From Veleropilina oligotropha (lineage: Eukaryota), in NCBI GenBank assembly GCA_048128005.1, contig JBEUKZ010000139.1, positions 62,001 through 126,000 of the forward strand: a stretch of 64,000 bases of DNA. The letters run 5' to 3'. Under the pieces are notes generated by a model that saw only the letters and a program-made list of their open reading frames with translations, made no database searches and was not told the origin of the DNA. Position 1 is the stretch's first letter; each line of letters begins with the position of its first letter. Shown piece by piece: positions 38,256 through 50,121 of the stretch. The position numbers were made by a program, and so were the translations under genes.

Positions 38256-39345
38256 ATAGAGGGAATCTCACATGAGTGGGCATTTAATATCACATTTATG
38301 AAACGAGTTAACTAATTTTCATATTTTCCGAGGTTTCACTGAGAACAATATGAAAATTAGTTAACGAGTTTCATATATGTGATATTAAATGACCACGAAT
38401 GTGAGATTCTTTTTATCATATATCTGAAAGTTATAAGGAAACAAGCTGTACAACGTTGCTTTTAATTTTGTTGGCCCCTTCTAACATACCACAATTATGC
38501 GGCGTAGTAATATTGCAGAAGGTGAAATTTGTAATGTGACAGTGGCATTGGGTGTGAAAAATAATCCCGTTTTACCCACTCTATAAACTATAAAGAGCAA
38601 CAAATGCTGTTATGAAAAGAACAAATGTCGCTTTATCAATATTATACTAATCAAACAAGATCAATTCAAAGAACATGAAATGCGTGTCGCGCGTGACTAA
38701 TGTATGTCGATTACCCTTTATCGTATAAGAGGTCGGCACAATTTGTCGTCTGCTGTCGACGAAGGTACGTTTGCTTACATGTACAGCATCAGAACAATAA
38801 CAAAATGGTCGGCTTTGTATATGTTAACAATTATAAACACGTTTCCAGAATAATTTTGTAAAAATGCACCGTTAATATGTTAATTTCCATCTAAAATAAG
38901 TTCGAATCGACGCCAATATTGCGGTATAATGACTGGAATGTACATCATACAGATTGCATACCAGAAACTAAATTGCAAACTTGGCCTACTACGTTGTATT
39001 TTGTATGCTATGACTATCGGAAGTTAAACGATCTTACCTGGATGGCTGCACTTAATATTTCAACTATATATTGGTCGTTAGTTGCAGTATTTTCCCTTGA
39101 CCGTGGCCATGTTTTTCTGATCGATTAAATCGCATATCGCCGAAATCGCATGATAGAATATAGTCAGATACCCTGTAAATGACCTTGTATGACCCGCTCT
39201 GTCATTGGATGTTATTCTGTTTCATTGATAAAATTGTCCAATCAAAATTACAAGAAAGTCGATATTACACACTTAAAGTATGTAATATCGTTTTTATTAA
39301 ACACTTTGGTGCTATGTAAAATTACCCGAATATATGATAAAATAG
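38256..39345 (+). mobile_element. Crypton-like hairpin element, copy C
   Basis: ATAGAG start; hairpin 38263-38409 with three GA/GA tandem mismatches; inverted repeats TTTTATCATATAT (38411-38423) / ATATATGATAAAA (39330-39342); splits an RT motif. Confidence 0.8.
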
Positions 39346-39967
39346 TATATTTAAATGACATTGGTGAAGTTATTACATCTCTTGAAAAAAAGTTCGCAAA
39401 CGATACAATTGTAAAAATTGTACAGAACTATTGAACTGAAGAAGATGCAAGAAACTACGAACTGATTTATGCAATCTGGTAAAGTGGTCTCCATTGAAAA
39501 AAAATGTTTTTCAAGAAGTGTCAAGTACTAGTAATGCATGTTTTACCCATTTCCAAGACTTGATAGGCTATCATCAACTTAACGTTGGTCCAACAAGGGT
39601 AATCAAGTGGGTGTAATGCTTATTTTCACCCAAATCCACTGGTCGAAAATCGATCACGTGGTATTGAAGGTCATCATAAGAATAATCGGAATCAGTTGAC
39701 CCGCAGGTCAATATAACAAATCCGTTGACTTGTTGTGTCATTGGCTAAGAGTCGATCTTCTTTGAGTTGTGCTAAACGTAGCCTATATTTATGCGGCTTC
39801 TTGTTTTCTTGCGTACATTAAATATGTGTAGGGTAGGAATAGTTAACATCACAATAAAATCATATTGGTGGAGAAATCATATATTCGCTGAAACATCAAT
39901 CTATATCTAAATCGATTATGAAGTGGGGAGCATTGCATTAGAACTTACCCGACTCATCTTCAACAAT

Positions 39968-40215
39968 CGTGTGGCTTCGGCTGCAGACTTCGAAATATCA
40001 CTAGCTTCATTTCGCGGATACGAACAATAGTGGGTCGAATCTTGGAATAATGACATTATTTGTTCAGTTTTGAATCACTGTTGTCCGTAACTGGTCAGAT
40101 AGAGCGTGTTTCCCAGGCGACAGGGCTTTTCTCCCGCGATAATAAGGCATGTCCTGCTTTGAACCTGATGGTTGTCACTTGGAAATATACAGGACATTAA
40201 CCATCGATCCCTTCC
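39968..40215 (+). mobile_element. SINE (family 1, diverged)
   Basis: GTTGTCCGTAACTGG, TTTCTCCCGCGATAA and AAATATACAGGACATTAACCATC match family 1. Confidence 0.65.
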
Positions 40216-40299
40216 TTTCGTCTTCACGGTATAATGCAACTATAATAATTACATATAGGCATATTACGAGGGGCGGGATCTTTGTACAAGTATAATTAC

Positions 40300-40860
40300 C
40301 TTGAACATCGAGTGACTTTCCTTCAGCGACAAGACGTCGTGCTGTTTGTGACTGATTATGTTGGTGCCCGATATGAACGTGCCACAGTCCTTTCTTTCAT
40401 CGTTCTTGGAGTCATTTTGAAGTTTGAGACTTTCATCGACAGTAAGAATCTTATGTCTACCAAGCTTTCCTTTCATTGGGTGGTAAGACTCGAGGCACGT
40501 CTGACAATACAAGACTTGACAATCTGCACACGATCGATAAGCTCGTTTTGGTGGTACATAATCACATATTTCGCAAACAATCATTTCAACGGATTCATCA
40601 TGTGCTATCTTTTCCTTTTTAAATGATAGGACTAACGAGTTAAGCTGGTAGTTTTTCGTGTAAGACGTTCCATTGCCATGTCCTATAACCGATTCAGCCT
40701 GACACACCGGACATGTTAAGATACTTTGTTTGGAAGTTTTATGCTTCAAATCCAGTAGACATTTCATACAGTACGAGTGTCCGCAGACTAGAATACGGGG
40801 GTCGTCGTACAAATCCAGGCAGCTGGCGCATGTCAAGTCGTCTTCGTAAGTTGATGCCAT
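40300..40860 (-). CDS. TRIM-like E3 ligase, first coding exon: RING, B-box type 1, degenerate B-box 2
   Basis: RING CASC...CGHSYCMKC...CPVC; B-box CEICDYVPPKRAYRSCADCQVLYCQTCLESYHPMKGKLGRH (TRIM9/36/67-like); acceptor TTTACTTCAG 10 nt before the ATG; donor AAG|GTAATT at 40300. Confidence 0.88.
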
Positions 40861-41050
40861 GACCAGTACTCTGAAGTAAACGTTTTCATGATTATTGAAG
40901 TTAACTTTATTTTACGAAAATAACAATCACGGAGAACATTAATTTTGCGTTCGTATCTAACTGCACTCGTTATGGTAACATTTATACTTGATATTTTTAC
41001 TTCAAATCATACTATGATTCAATGTTCAATGGTGTTATCTTTAAATCAAC

Positions 41051-41500
41051 GGTCCTCGATAGCTCAACTAGTTGAGCGTCTGACAAAACGATAGGTTGTG
41101 GGTCCGATTCCCGCTCCGGGGTGGCTTCCACTAACGCTTAAAACTAATAGATGAGGTGGCTTAAAATCCGTCACCCGTTCTTCGGGGTTTCGACTGCGGA
41201 TACGGATGAAAATTGTCCAAATGTGGTCGTAACACTCAACTGATCCACCTCACCTGACTGTCCTCGATAGCTCATCTGGTAGAGGGTTGGAAAAACGATA
41301 AGTGGGACGGTAGGATGTGGGTTCAAACCCCCGCTCCGACGTGGCTATTCTAACGCTTAAACCTAATTGATGGCATATCCCTAATGTATGTCGGTCAGAT
41401 CGGAGTGAGACTTAAAATCGGGTGTCCCGACTACGATACAGCTGAAAATTGCTAAAAGTGGTCGTAAAACAATGTTGCAAACCAACCAACCACCTCACCA
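41051..41500 (+). mobile_element. Two tandem tRNA-derived SINEs (family 2)
   Basis: Heads GTCCTCGATAGCTCA at ~41052 and ~41260 with B-box-like GGGT(C/T)C(G/A)A; shared tail GAAAATTG..AAA.GTGGTCGTAA. Confidence 0.8.
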
Positions 41501-41739
41501 ACTTTCGCTCAAGTTAAAACATGAATAACGTCACATAAATTACATGCCACTTACAGGGCATAAAAATGGGACATAAAATGGATATCATAACATCTGATAA
41601 CTATTTTAGTCGTATGCAGCATGTAAGTACATCTCAACGGATTACCCAAGATTTTCGATGGTCTACGGCATAAGTTACAGAATGAAAACTTAACGTCTTG
41701 TAGCAGACAATTAACGTGCAGAATAAGAAGTCCGACTGT

Positions 41740-42866
41740 CCGCGAGCATACATCAACAACCATCCGCGAGCATACACCAACAACCATCCGCGAGCATACA
41801 CCAACAACCATCCGCGAGCATACACCAACAACCATCCGCGAGCATACACCAACAACCATCCGCGAGCATACACCAACAACCATCCGCGAGCATACACCAA
41901 CAACCATCCGCGAGCATACACCAATAACCATCCGCGAGCATACATCAACAACCATCCGCGAGCATACACCAACAACCATCCGTGAGCATACACCAACAAC
42001 CATCCGCGAGCATACACCAACAACCATCCGCGAGCATACACCAACAACCATCCGCGAGCATACACCAACAACCATCCGCGAGCATACACCAACAACCATC
42101 CGCGAGCATACACCAACAACCATCCGCGAGCATACACCAACAACCATCCGCGAGCATACACCAACAACCATCCGCGAGCATACACCAACAACCATCCGCG
42201 AGCATACACCAACAACCATCCGCGAGCATACATCAACAACCATCCGCGAGCATACATCAACAACCATCCGCGAGCATACACCAACAACCATCCGCGAGCA
42301 TACACCAACAACCATCCGCGAGCATACATCAACAACCATCCGCGAGCATACACCAACAACCATCCGCGAGCATACACCAACAACCATCCGCGAGCATACA
42401 CCAACAACCATCCGCGAGCATACATCAACAACCATCCGCGAGCATACACCAACAACCATCCGCGAGCATACACCAACAACCATCCGCGAGCATACACCAC
42501 AACCATCCGCGAGCATACACCAACAACCATCCGCGAGCATACACCAACAACCATCCGCGAGCATACACCAACAACCATCCGCGAGCATACACCAACAACC
42601 ATCCGCGAGCATACACCAACAACCATCCGCGAGCATACATCAACAACCATCCGCGAGCATACACCAACAACCATCCGCGAGCATACACCAACAACCATCC
42701 GCGAGCATACACCAACAACCATCCGCGAGCATACATCAACAACCATCCGCGAGCATACACCAACAACCATCCGCGAGCATACACCAACAACCATCCGCGA
42801 GCATACATCAACAACCATCCGCGAGCATACATCAACAACCATCCGCGAGCATACATCAACAACCAT
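41740..42866 (+). repeat. 24-bp minisatellite (CCGCGAGCATACA(C/T)CAACAACCAT), ~47 copies
   Basis: Head-to-tail units with no spacers; C/T variant; one shortened unit near 42499. Confidence 0.98.
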
Positions 42867-43364
42867 AGATCCGATTTACTCAATATTTTGACACGAGATA
42901 GTGATCATCCTAGGAGTGGCCCTCCTAGAAAATAATTCGAATCGGAAAGCGATTCCCGATTCTATGGCGCAATTTCCGGTTTTCGGCTCTAGCACTAGAA
43001 CGCTTCACCGTTCAAACTTCAAAATGTTCTGTTAGTCGCAAAGATTTATGGCTTTCACCTATTCTAAAAATTGTCTACATTCATATAATATGTATATCAT
43101 ATAAGCGTGTCTGCTCAATTATTCAGGGGTATGTTGCATACTACTCACCAAGACTGTGATTGTTGGTTTATTTCCATGAAACGAATCGACTACATCAACA
43201 TAAACGAGCATATAAACAATGTTATCTTCAAGCAAACTCATGTATGATATAATTTCAAAGTTCAAAAGAGATATCTTGTTCTGCACTCGTGATACGTCCC
43301 GCATACATAGTCAGCATTGATATTAATACCAATATCTATGAACGTAATGCAATTTTATCAAAGC

Positions 43365-43770
43365 TTATTATCTTTCTTTGGCCGCGTATCCTCTCTTCTG
43401 ATTGGCTAACGTCATCGTATCCTCTCTTCTGATTGGTTAACGTCATTTAATAACTTGCCGTAAACTCAAGCCAGACGTGGTATATCTGACGTCATACGTC
43501 GCCTGTCAATCAAAATGTTCTCACTTGGACCTTGAGTAGGCGTTACTGAAGTTGGCGTTTGCCATTTTGAATACACCACGGTAATGAATATAAATAACAA
43601 TTAACAGTGTTATGAGCTAAGTCGGGAGTTTGTTTATCTTTATGAAAGCAAGATTAACACGTTATCGAGCAACGTTTGGTAAACATGGTGCATTGAATAC
43701 CTTATTACGTTAAACAACTTCATTCGGTATTCAATGCACCGTGTTTACCGCGACGTAACTCGACAACTTA
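43365..43770 (-). mobile_element. Probable older hairpin element, copy D
   Basis: Hairpin GGTAAACATGGTGCATTGAATACC...GGTATTCAATGCACCGTGTTTACC (~43660-43768); imperfect inverted repeats TTATCTTTCTTT / AAAGCAAGATTAA. Confidence 0.5.
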
Positions 43771-44384
43771 TAGAGTAAAGCTGTTCTCCCGAGAAAAAAC
43801 ACATGTGAGAGCTTGTTAGGGACAACTGTCATTGGTAATTGAAGAAAGTGCTGTCGCGGTGTCGAACCCCGTTAAATGGGATCCACTCTCGTATCCATTA
43901 CGCCTTACATTACATGTGAAACCTGCTTTAGAAGACATGGCTTGATTGCATGGCAGTATAAACACAAACACATTATACCATTCTTCCAAACGGTTATAGA
44001 CAACACCAACATGTTATCGAACAAGATCATTAAACTAAAGACTATAATTACATAACCTTTATGCCTACTTATCATCGTCTTCTTGATATATAACACACAT
44101 ATATTCTTTCATAATAAAACGAATGTACGTAATTTTAGCTAGGGATGATTTCTAGGGAAATGAAGCTCTCGTCGACAAATGCAGTGGTCAGAGTACCGTT
44201 GGTCCAGCGCAGCATTGGTCAAGGTGTGAGAAGAACGTCCGGCATTTGCCTAACCCTTGGGGGGAATACATAGAACAACAAAGCATCTCTTTAAATGAAA
44301 TAAATAGCAATAGATTGTTGGATATCAGCTGAACGTATTGTGATCTTTGGAATGTAGGAATTGCCAAAAAAACTCCCCCTCTAC

Positions 44385-45530
44385 ATATAAGTTCATAGAC
44401 TACGATAAGGCGTTAACAGCGTGGACAGAGAGATGCTTTGGGCTAGCATGCAGTCAGACAGTTTTGACGTTAAAATTGTAGTCCGTTAGGGGTTCCTATT
44501 GTCACCTTTCCTCTTCCTCGTGGTCATTGACTGAATCATGAATATAACCACAGCAGGCAGGAACAGTGGAAACTCTGGGCACTGCTTGGGAACATCATCA
44601 TCGCAGACGACATGGCACACCTTTCACGCAACTACACACAGATACAAGACAGCGACATCAGCCGGGACAGAGCTCATGACAAACAGAAAGAAAACCGAAC
44701 TCATGAAGATCAACACCTCTGTCAACACTTCGGTCATAGCCAATCAAAGACGTAGAATCATTCGTGATGTCACCGCCAGGACTGGCAGGGCACTAGAAGC
44801 CTTTATCATGCTTAAGAGCATCTTTGACTCCAAGGAGATCAGCATGGCTTCAAAACTGCACATCTTCAACTCAAGTGCCAAAACATCCTACTCTACGGCT
44901 CAGAGACATGGAGGATAACCAAGATGACAGTGGAAGATACAGACCTTAATACCAGTCTGGGGCCCATTTTAAACATCAGAAGGCCGGACAGAATCATCGC
45001 TGAGTTGGAAACTTTGTTTTACGACCCCTTTGGCAATTTTTCAGCCTTAACGTGGTCGGGACACCCGGTTTGTCTCACTCCGATCTGACCGACATACATT
45101 AGGGATATGCCATCTATTAGTTTTAAGCCTTAGAATAAGTCAGGCCAGAGCGGGCTTGAACCCACATCCTACCGTCCCACATAACGTTTTTCCGACGCTC
45201 TAACCAGCTGAGCTGTCGAGGAGACAGAATCATCAACGAGGAGTTGTGGCAAAGGGAAGGACAGGAGTCAGTTGCCAAACATATCCTGAGAAGGAAGTGG
45301 AGCTGGATTGAACATACCCTCCGGAAACCTACAACCAGAATCATACGTCAGGTTCTAATCTGGAACCCGCAGGGAAAAAGAAAAAGGGGAAGGCCAAGAA
45401 ACAGCTGGAGTCGTGACACAGAGGCGGATCTGAAGACACAGAAAAGCAGCTGAGCAGAGGCAGGAAGGACAGACCAGAGTCTAGCACGATGGAGAAGCGT
45501 CGTCGATGGCCTATGCTCCTCTTGGGAGGA
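44385..45530 (+). mobile_element. Decayed RTE-clade LINE fragment (RT C-terminal part)
   Basis: FIDYDKA..SVDREMLW, LLSPFLFLVVID, ILRRKWSWIEHTLRK...WNPQGKRKRGRPRNSW. Confidence 0.85.
44999..45222 (-). mobile_element. tRNA-derived SINE (family 2) inserted in the RTE fragment
   Basis: TSD GACAGAATCATC at 44987-44998 and 45223-45234; reverse complement of 41260-41470; A box AGCTCAGCTGG, B box GGTTCAAGCCC. Confidence 0.9.
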
Positions 45531-45913
45531 AATCTGTTCTGGCCTAAATTCCCTGTCCGTGTCTGCTAGTCTCCATGTTTAATGACTAAACAGTTGATTG
45601 TAATTTAGGAGCGGACTATTCTGAACTGCGGTACGTATTGTATCCAAGGCCACCTCAGTACAGTTGGAAGAAATTAGAAAGTGGCGCGACCAACAGAATG
45701 TCGGATGACTCGGACTATGGTATACTAGTCCTGGACTAGACCTACACCTAGCTCATGACCGGGCACATATGTCTAACAACCGCTACCTTTGTCCGTGACA
45801 GTAAATTCCAATTTTTGCTTCATTAAACGTCCCGTCACTCATAAATCCGATTCGAGAATGCGGTATAACGTTTTTTCGCTTAGAAAGGCCTAAAAATGAG
45901 TATGCTCACTTTT

Positions 45914-46203
45914 ATGTTTAACTACTTTTGTGATAGTTGCCCACTTTTGTGATAATTGCCGACTTTTGTGATATCAAATGGGAAAAAAATGATCACAAAA
46001 GTGGCCGTATCAATTCACAAATGTTGTGACCTCAAGAAATATCACAAAAGTCGGCGAAATATCACAAAACTCGTGACCTAGAAAAATCACAAATCGCGTC
46101 GATTTTGTTCAAAAGTGGGCGAATATCACAAAAGTGGTTAAAAAAATCACATAACTGGTGACCTAATCACAAAAGTGGAAATATTACAAAAATGGTTGTA
46201 ACA
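45914..46203. mobile_element. Fold-back MITE-like element of ATCACAAAAGT repeats (TGT...ACA ends)
   Basis: ACTTTTGTGAT repeats on the left inverted to ATCACAAAAGT repeats on the right; no clear TSD. Confidence 0.5.
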
Positions 46204-47273
46204 GAGCTGCGTGAGGAATCCGAATGTGCAAGTCAACGATTCGAAACAGACTGAAGAGAGCGGGTCTGAAATCGAAGCGTTATTTTAGTGAAATGAGTGA
46301 CCGGTACACAGGAATTTACGAAATCAGTGGGTTCATCGGTTTGGGGGTCGTCAACACCACAATTTGCGATATACCATGTTCTATATTTCCTGACACCCCT
46401 ACGCGATATCATCATAATTACACTCGCTTCCTCTCGGATAATTATGGCAGATATCTTCGCAGGTCTCAGGGAATCATCTATATAACTTATTTTCACTTTT
46501 GTTATTATTCCGTCTTTGTGCTTCAATTTGTGCCTTATTATTCCAATCGGTATATCCTGGATTCGATCACACAAGAGTTCAGAAAATATTTTATTGTAAC
46601 ATATAATTATTATTTTTATTAATGTGGCATGGATTCTTCGAAAATGTAGACATCAATTGTCTTACTAAAATATCAGACATTGTCATCGATATCGCACCTG
46701 CGCCTATGAAGTTGCCTACTCGATTTCATGATTTCTTCAGTTGGACATAGGAGGAATAGGATAAATTATTTGCCATGACAATGAATATCACCATCACCCG
46801 TACATTTGTTTATGAACAAGTTTTCATTTTCTTAGTAACCAAATGTATATTTTGACGTTTTTAAAAGAAGACATCTGCTCGACTATTTTCGTTGCATCAC
46901 TGTTCTGAATAAAGTTTTTTCGGAAAAGCAATGCCATTCCACAATACACGCACCTAATACGGTCTTCCATTGGTTAAATCGTTTCCTGCATAACGCAGTT
47001 CAATCTGATTGGTTAACACCGTATTTTGAATACTAACTGGATGTTCATGCACACAACGCATACTGGTATGGGGTTTTTCTCGTGTGATCAAACATAATTA
47101 TGCCTAATTAGATGAAGTAAGATCTTGAATGAACGCCACAAATATCAGATGTTATGAAGAAAAAAGTCAAATATCAGAGGAGATTTGGATTCTACAGTTT
47201 CGAACATAATGCATTCTCTTTGAATATATAATAGGAGAATAAAAACAAGTGGCTTCTCGTTCTTGATGCCGCT

Positions 47274-47485
47274 CCAGTAGCCGAGTGGTTTTGAGTCGGA
47301 GTGCCGACTATAAATTCGCCATCTTGACAGTAATAACATTCTTTGTTCAGTTAAGTCACAGTTGTCCATAACTGACCAGAGAGGTTAATTTTCCGGGTGA
47401 CTGGGATTACCTCCCGTGTGATATGGAGATGTCCTGGTATGACAGTATGAACATGACGAGTTGTTAATAACAGGACAATAATTAA
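47274..47485 (+). mobile_element. SINE (family 1, diverged)
   Basis: TAGCCGAGTGG head, CACAGTTGTCCATAACTGACCAGAGAGG core, ATACAGGACA tail. Confidence 0.55.
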
Positions 47486-49149
47486 AGAGACAATTGCCCG
47501 TAAATGTGCTCTTTTCATGACTGTGTAGCATGACTGATCACCCTCTATCGCACAGTTCGCACAGATTGATACAAATTTCGCGAAGATATGATCGATATAT
47601 GATCAAATGATAGACTTTTATTGAAATTATTATTGTAACTGGGCAATATATGTTATTGTCAAGTAGAAAGCTATCTTACTTGACGAGCAGAAACCTACGC
47701 AACTGTGCTCCAACTAAGTAAATTAGAAATGCACTCGATGCGAGGTAATTAAACGCGGACAGAGTTTTATTATTTTTAAATATTCAGTAGCGATTAATTT
47801 AAAGTGTTGGACATAAATTAGATATATGGCTTCTAGCATTCATGATATAATAGATATGGCTTCTAGTATTCGTGTGAGAATAGACGTGTGGAATATGAGG
47901 TTTTTAAGTAAACCTAATATTAGTATAAAACATACTTACGTCCTTACTCTTGCCATAATAGTAATATTATCGCTAACCGGAAACAGTGAATATGTCACAT
48001 CATGCACTATTTATAAGTCAAAACGTACCACGATCACCTCCCCTGCTACCCCTCTCCTACGTTCCCCCAGCGAGATCTCGCCAAGTCTCGCGCGACTTCA
48101 GAACCATCGAAGTCAGAAGACCTCAATTCAAAGTTCAAAAACCCCAAAGGAACGTAGTAGAGGGGAGGAATGCGAAACGCAGGGTGGGTAACCGTGGTAA
48201 GGACGTAAGTATGTTTTATACTAATATTAGGTTTACTTAAAAACCTCATATGTAGTTACAAACATACTTACGTCCTTACTCTTGCCAGAATAACCTTGGA
48301 TAGGTGGGTAAGACGTTCCTTACAGCAAACCCAAACAAGATAATGACTTACTTTTCACCATTTCAATCAGCATGAAGCGTCGATTGTGTCCGCCCAGAGT
48401 TGAATTTACTGAGTATTATATTCTACTCTCACCCAGCGAGAATTTCGACCAGTGTTACCGGGAGAATACGCCGTGGTGTTAGTCGGACGAGGTGAACGGA
48501 AGTGCAATCAGCCCCAGGCACGGCCGGAAGGATAAATCCCTGTAGGTCTTACGTGTCATGGACCAGTGGCAGCCAAATGGATCTCCGGGCCTATAGGCCG
48601 GTAGCCAGAGGATGCAGTCGGATTTGTAAGCACACGGAACCTAACAGGTTGTGAAAGCTTTAAATCAAAGCAAAGAATTAATAGATTATTATAAATAATC
48701 GATATTAATAAGTAATTCGCATGACCAACCTGCGAATGCTAACATGGACGACATGTCACTTAAAATAAATTTTAAGGAAGCTAAAATGTACGACCTGTTA
48801 CTTAAAAATAAAATTTTAAGGAATCAAAATTTTTCAATGTATTGAACATCGTATGTTCGATTACAGCGTAGAACATAATAATATTGAACCTTAATCTTTT
48901 TAAGATTTGTGCAAAATTATCGAGTTGTTTTATTAAATTCAATGCAATCTGGCTTGTCAAAACTCAGGTATGACATGGAAAGTACAAAATCTTAAAATGC
49001 TTTTAAGAAATGAACAGACATTGAACTGCCTCATAGGTGTCCATTTCATAGCACCGTTAGGCCAACAAAGAATAAAATGGCGGCAGTAAATTATGTAAAT
49101 TGATCAATCAATGGAACAATACTTACTGATTAGATGACCTCGGTCTAAC

Positions 49150-50121
49150 AATACATCGTTGAGCAGTTAGACTGCACAATCCATCAGCCGCATGGAATAC
49201 TCCCCAGAAAAGGCTTAATAAAGACATTTTGAGAATCAGCGCTGAGATGTGAATCTGCGAAAACACGGACCTCGTGTGCGCGGATCGATACAAAGTGCGC
49301 GCGGCCTATATTTCACAGCGAGAGTAGGCTCTCACTACATGTGAAAACCTCCGCGAAACAGTAGTCTACGTAATGTCGCGGATAAGAAGGTAAATACGAA
49401 TAAAATATAGGTAGTTTTCCTTGCCGCGTATCACTGACCCTGTCGAGGTAGTAACGTAGGCACGCATATATGACAGATTCATCGGTCCACATCGGGTCTC
49501 TGAACAGCGCTAGGGGGTAACGATATCGGTTGCGTCTTCGATCGGCCGTTGATTCTTGGCGAGGAAACCCAAGATATGACGCCGCATCACCGACCCGTCG
49601 ACTGGAAACGAACGTCTCGTAGCTCTCGGATAGACTATGAAATACGGAACAACGCCTGCCCGACGCTAAGGCGATCAGAAAAACTGTTTTGTGCGTTAAG
49701 TTCCTCATAGAGCGTTAAGAAATGAGAGCGATGTTTCAAGCTGGCCGTATCGTACGGGTCGAAATTTTGAGTTCGAAGGATCGCAGAAATCTAAATAGTT
49801 CGGTCGCTAGGTAGGTTACCACGGGCACGGCACTCGCGACCGTTGCCCGATAGCTTTGACGGCGGACACTGACATACCGCGTTCAAAGAGCGACGATAAA
49901 AACTCAATAAACTTGTTCACAGGGGGGCGGAGTATATTTACCTGCCGGCTGTAACACCAATCCACGTACTTAACCCATCGGTAGTCATAAACTTTAGTCG
50001 TGGAAAGCCTTCTCGATCGGGATGCGTAGGGCTGTTGCGCGAGAAATTCCTTTCTTAGCACGGGATCGTTCGATGACCGCCAGGCGTGTAAACGTAAGTC
50101 GTTCGCGATGTTGTAATACAC
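49150..50121 (-). pseudogene. DIRS tyrosine recombinase (frameshifted)
   Basis: SRRLSTTKVYDYRWVKYVDWC; LTHKTVFLIALASGRRCS; CLRYYLDR; IRAHEVR (H-x-x-R) near 49280. Confidence 0.88.

Larger units (their letters stand above)
37100..39550 (+). mobile_element. Heavily decayed CR1-group LINE (esterase ORF1 and RT remnants), interrupted by a SINE and hairpin element C
   Basis: CLPGAKT...VIGTNNIERNSPETMKEKY (SGNH-like); VLGPLLLL [insertion] VYLNDIGE...KKFANDT (RT). Confidence 0.65.

Noticed and set aside
41051..41345. tRNA genes
   Set aside because: A/B boxes are present but no convincing cloverleaf; they continue into SINE bodies, and a paralogue has a TSD.
41551..42935. CRISPR-like array or long repetitive proteins (MLADGCWC, YARGWLLV, SIHQQPSA)
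   Set aside because: Head-to-tail 24-mers with no unique spacers and no cas genes; the ORFs arise from a stop-free unit of length divisible by three.
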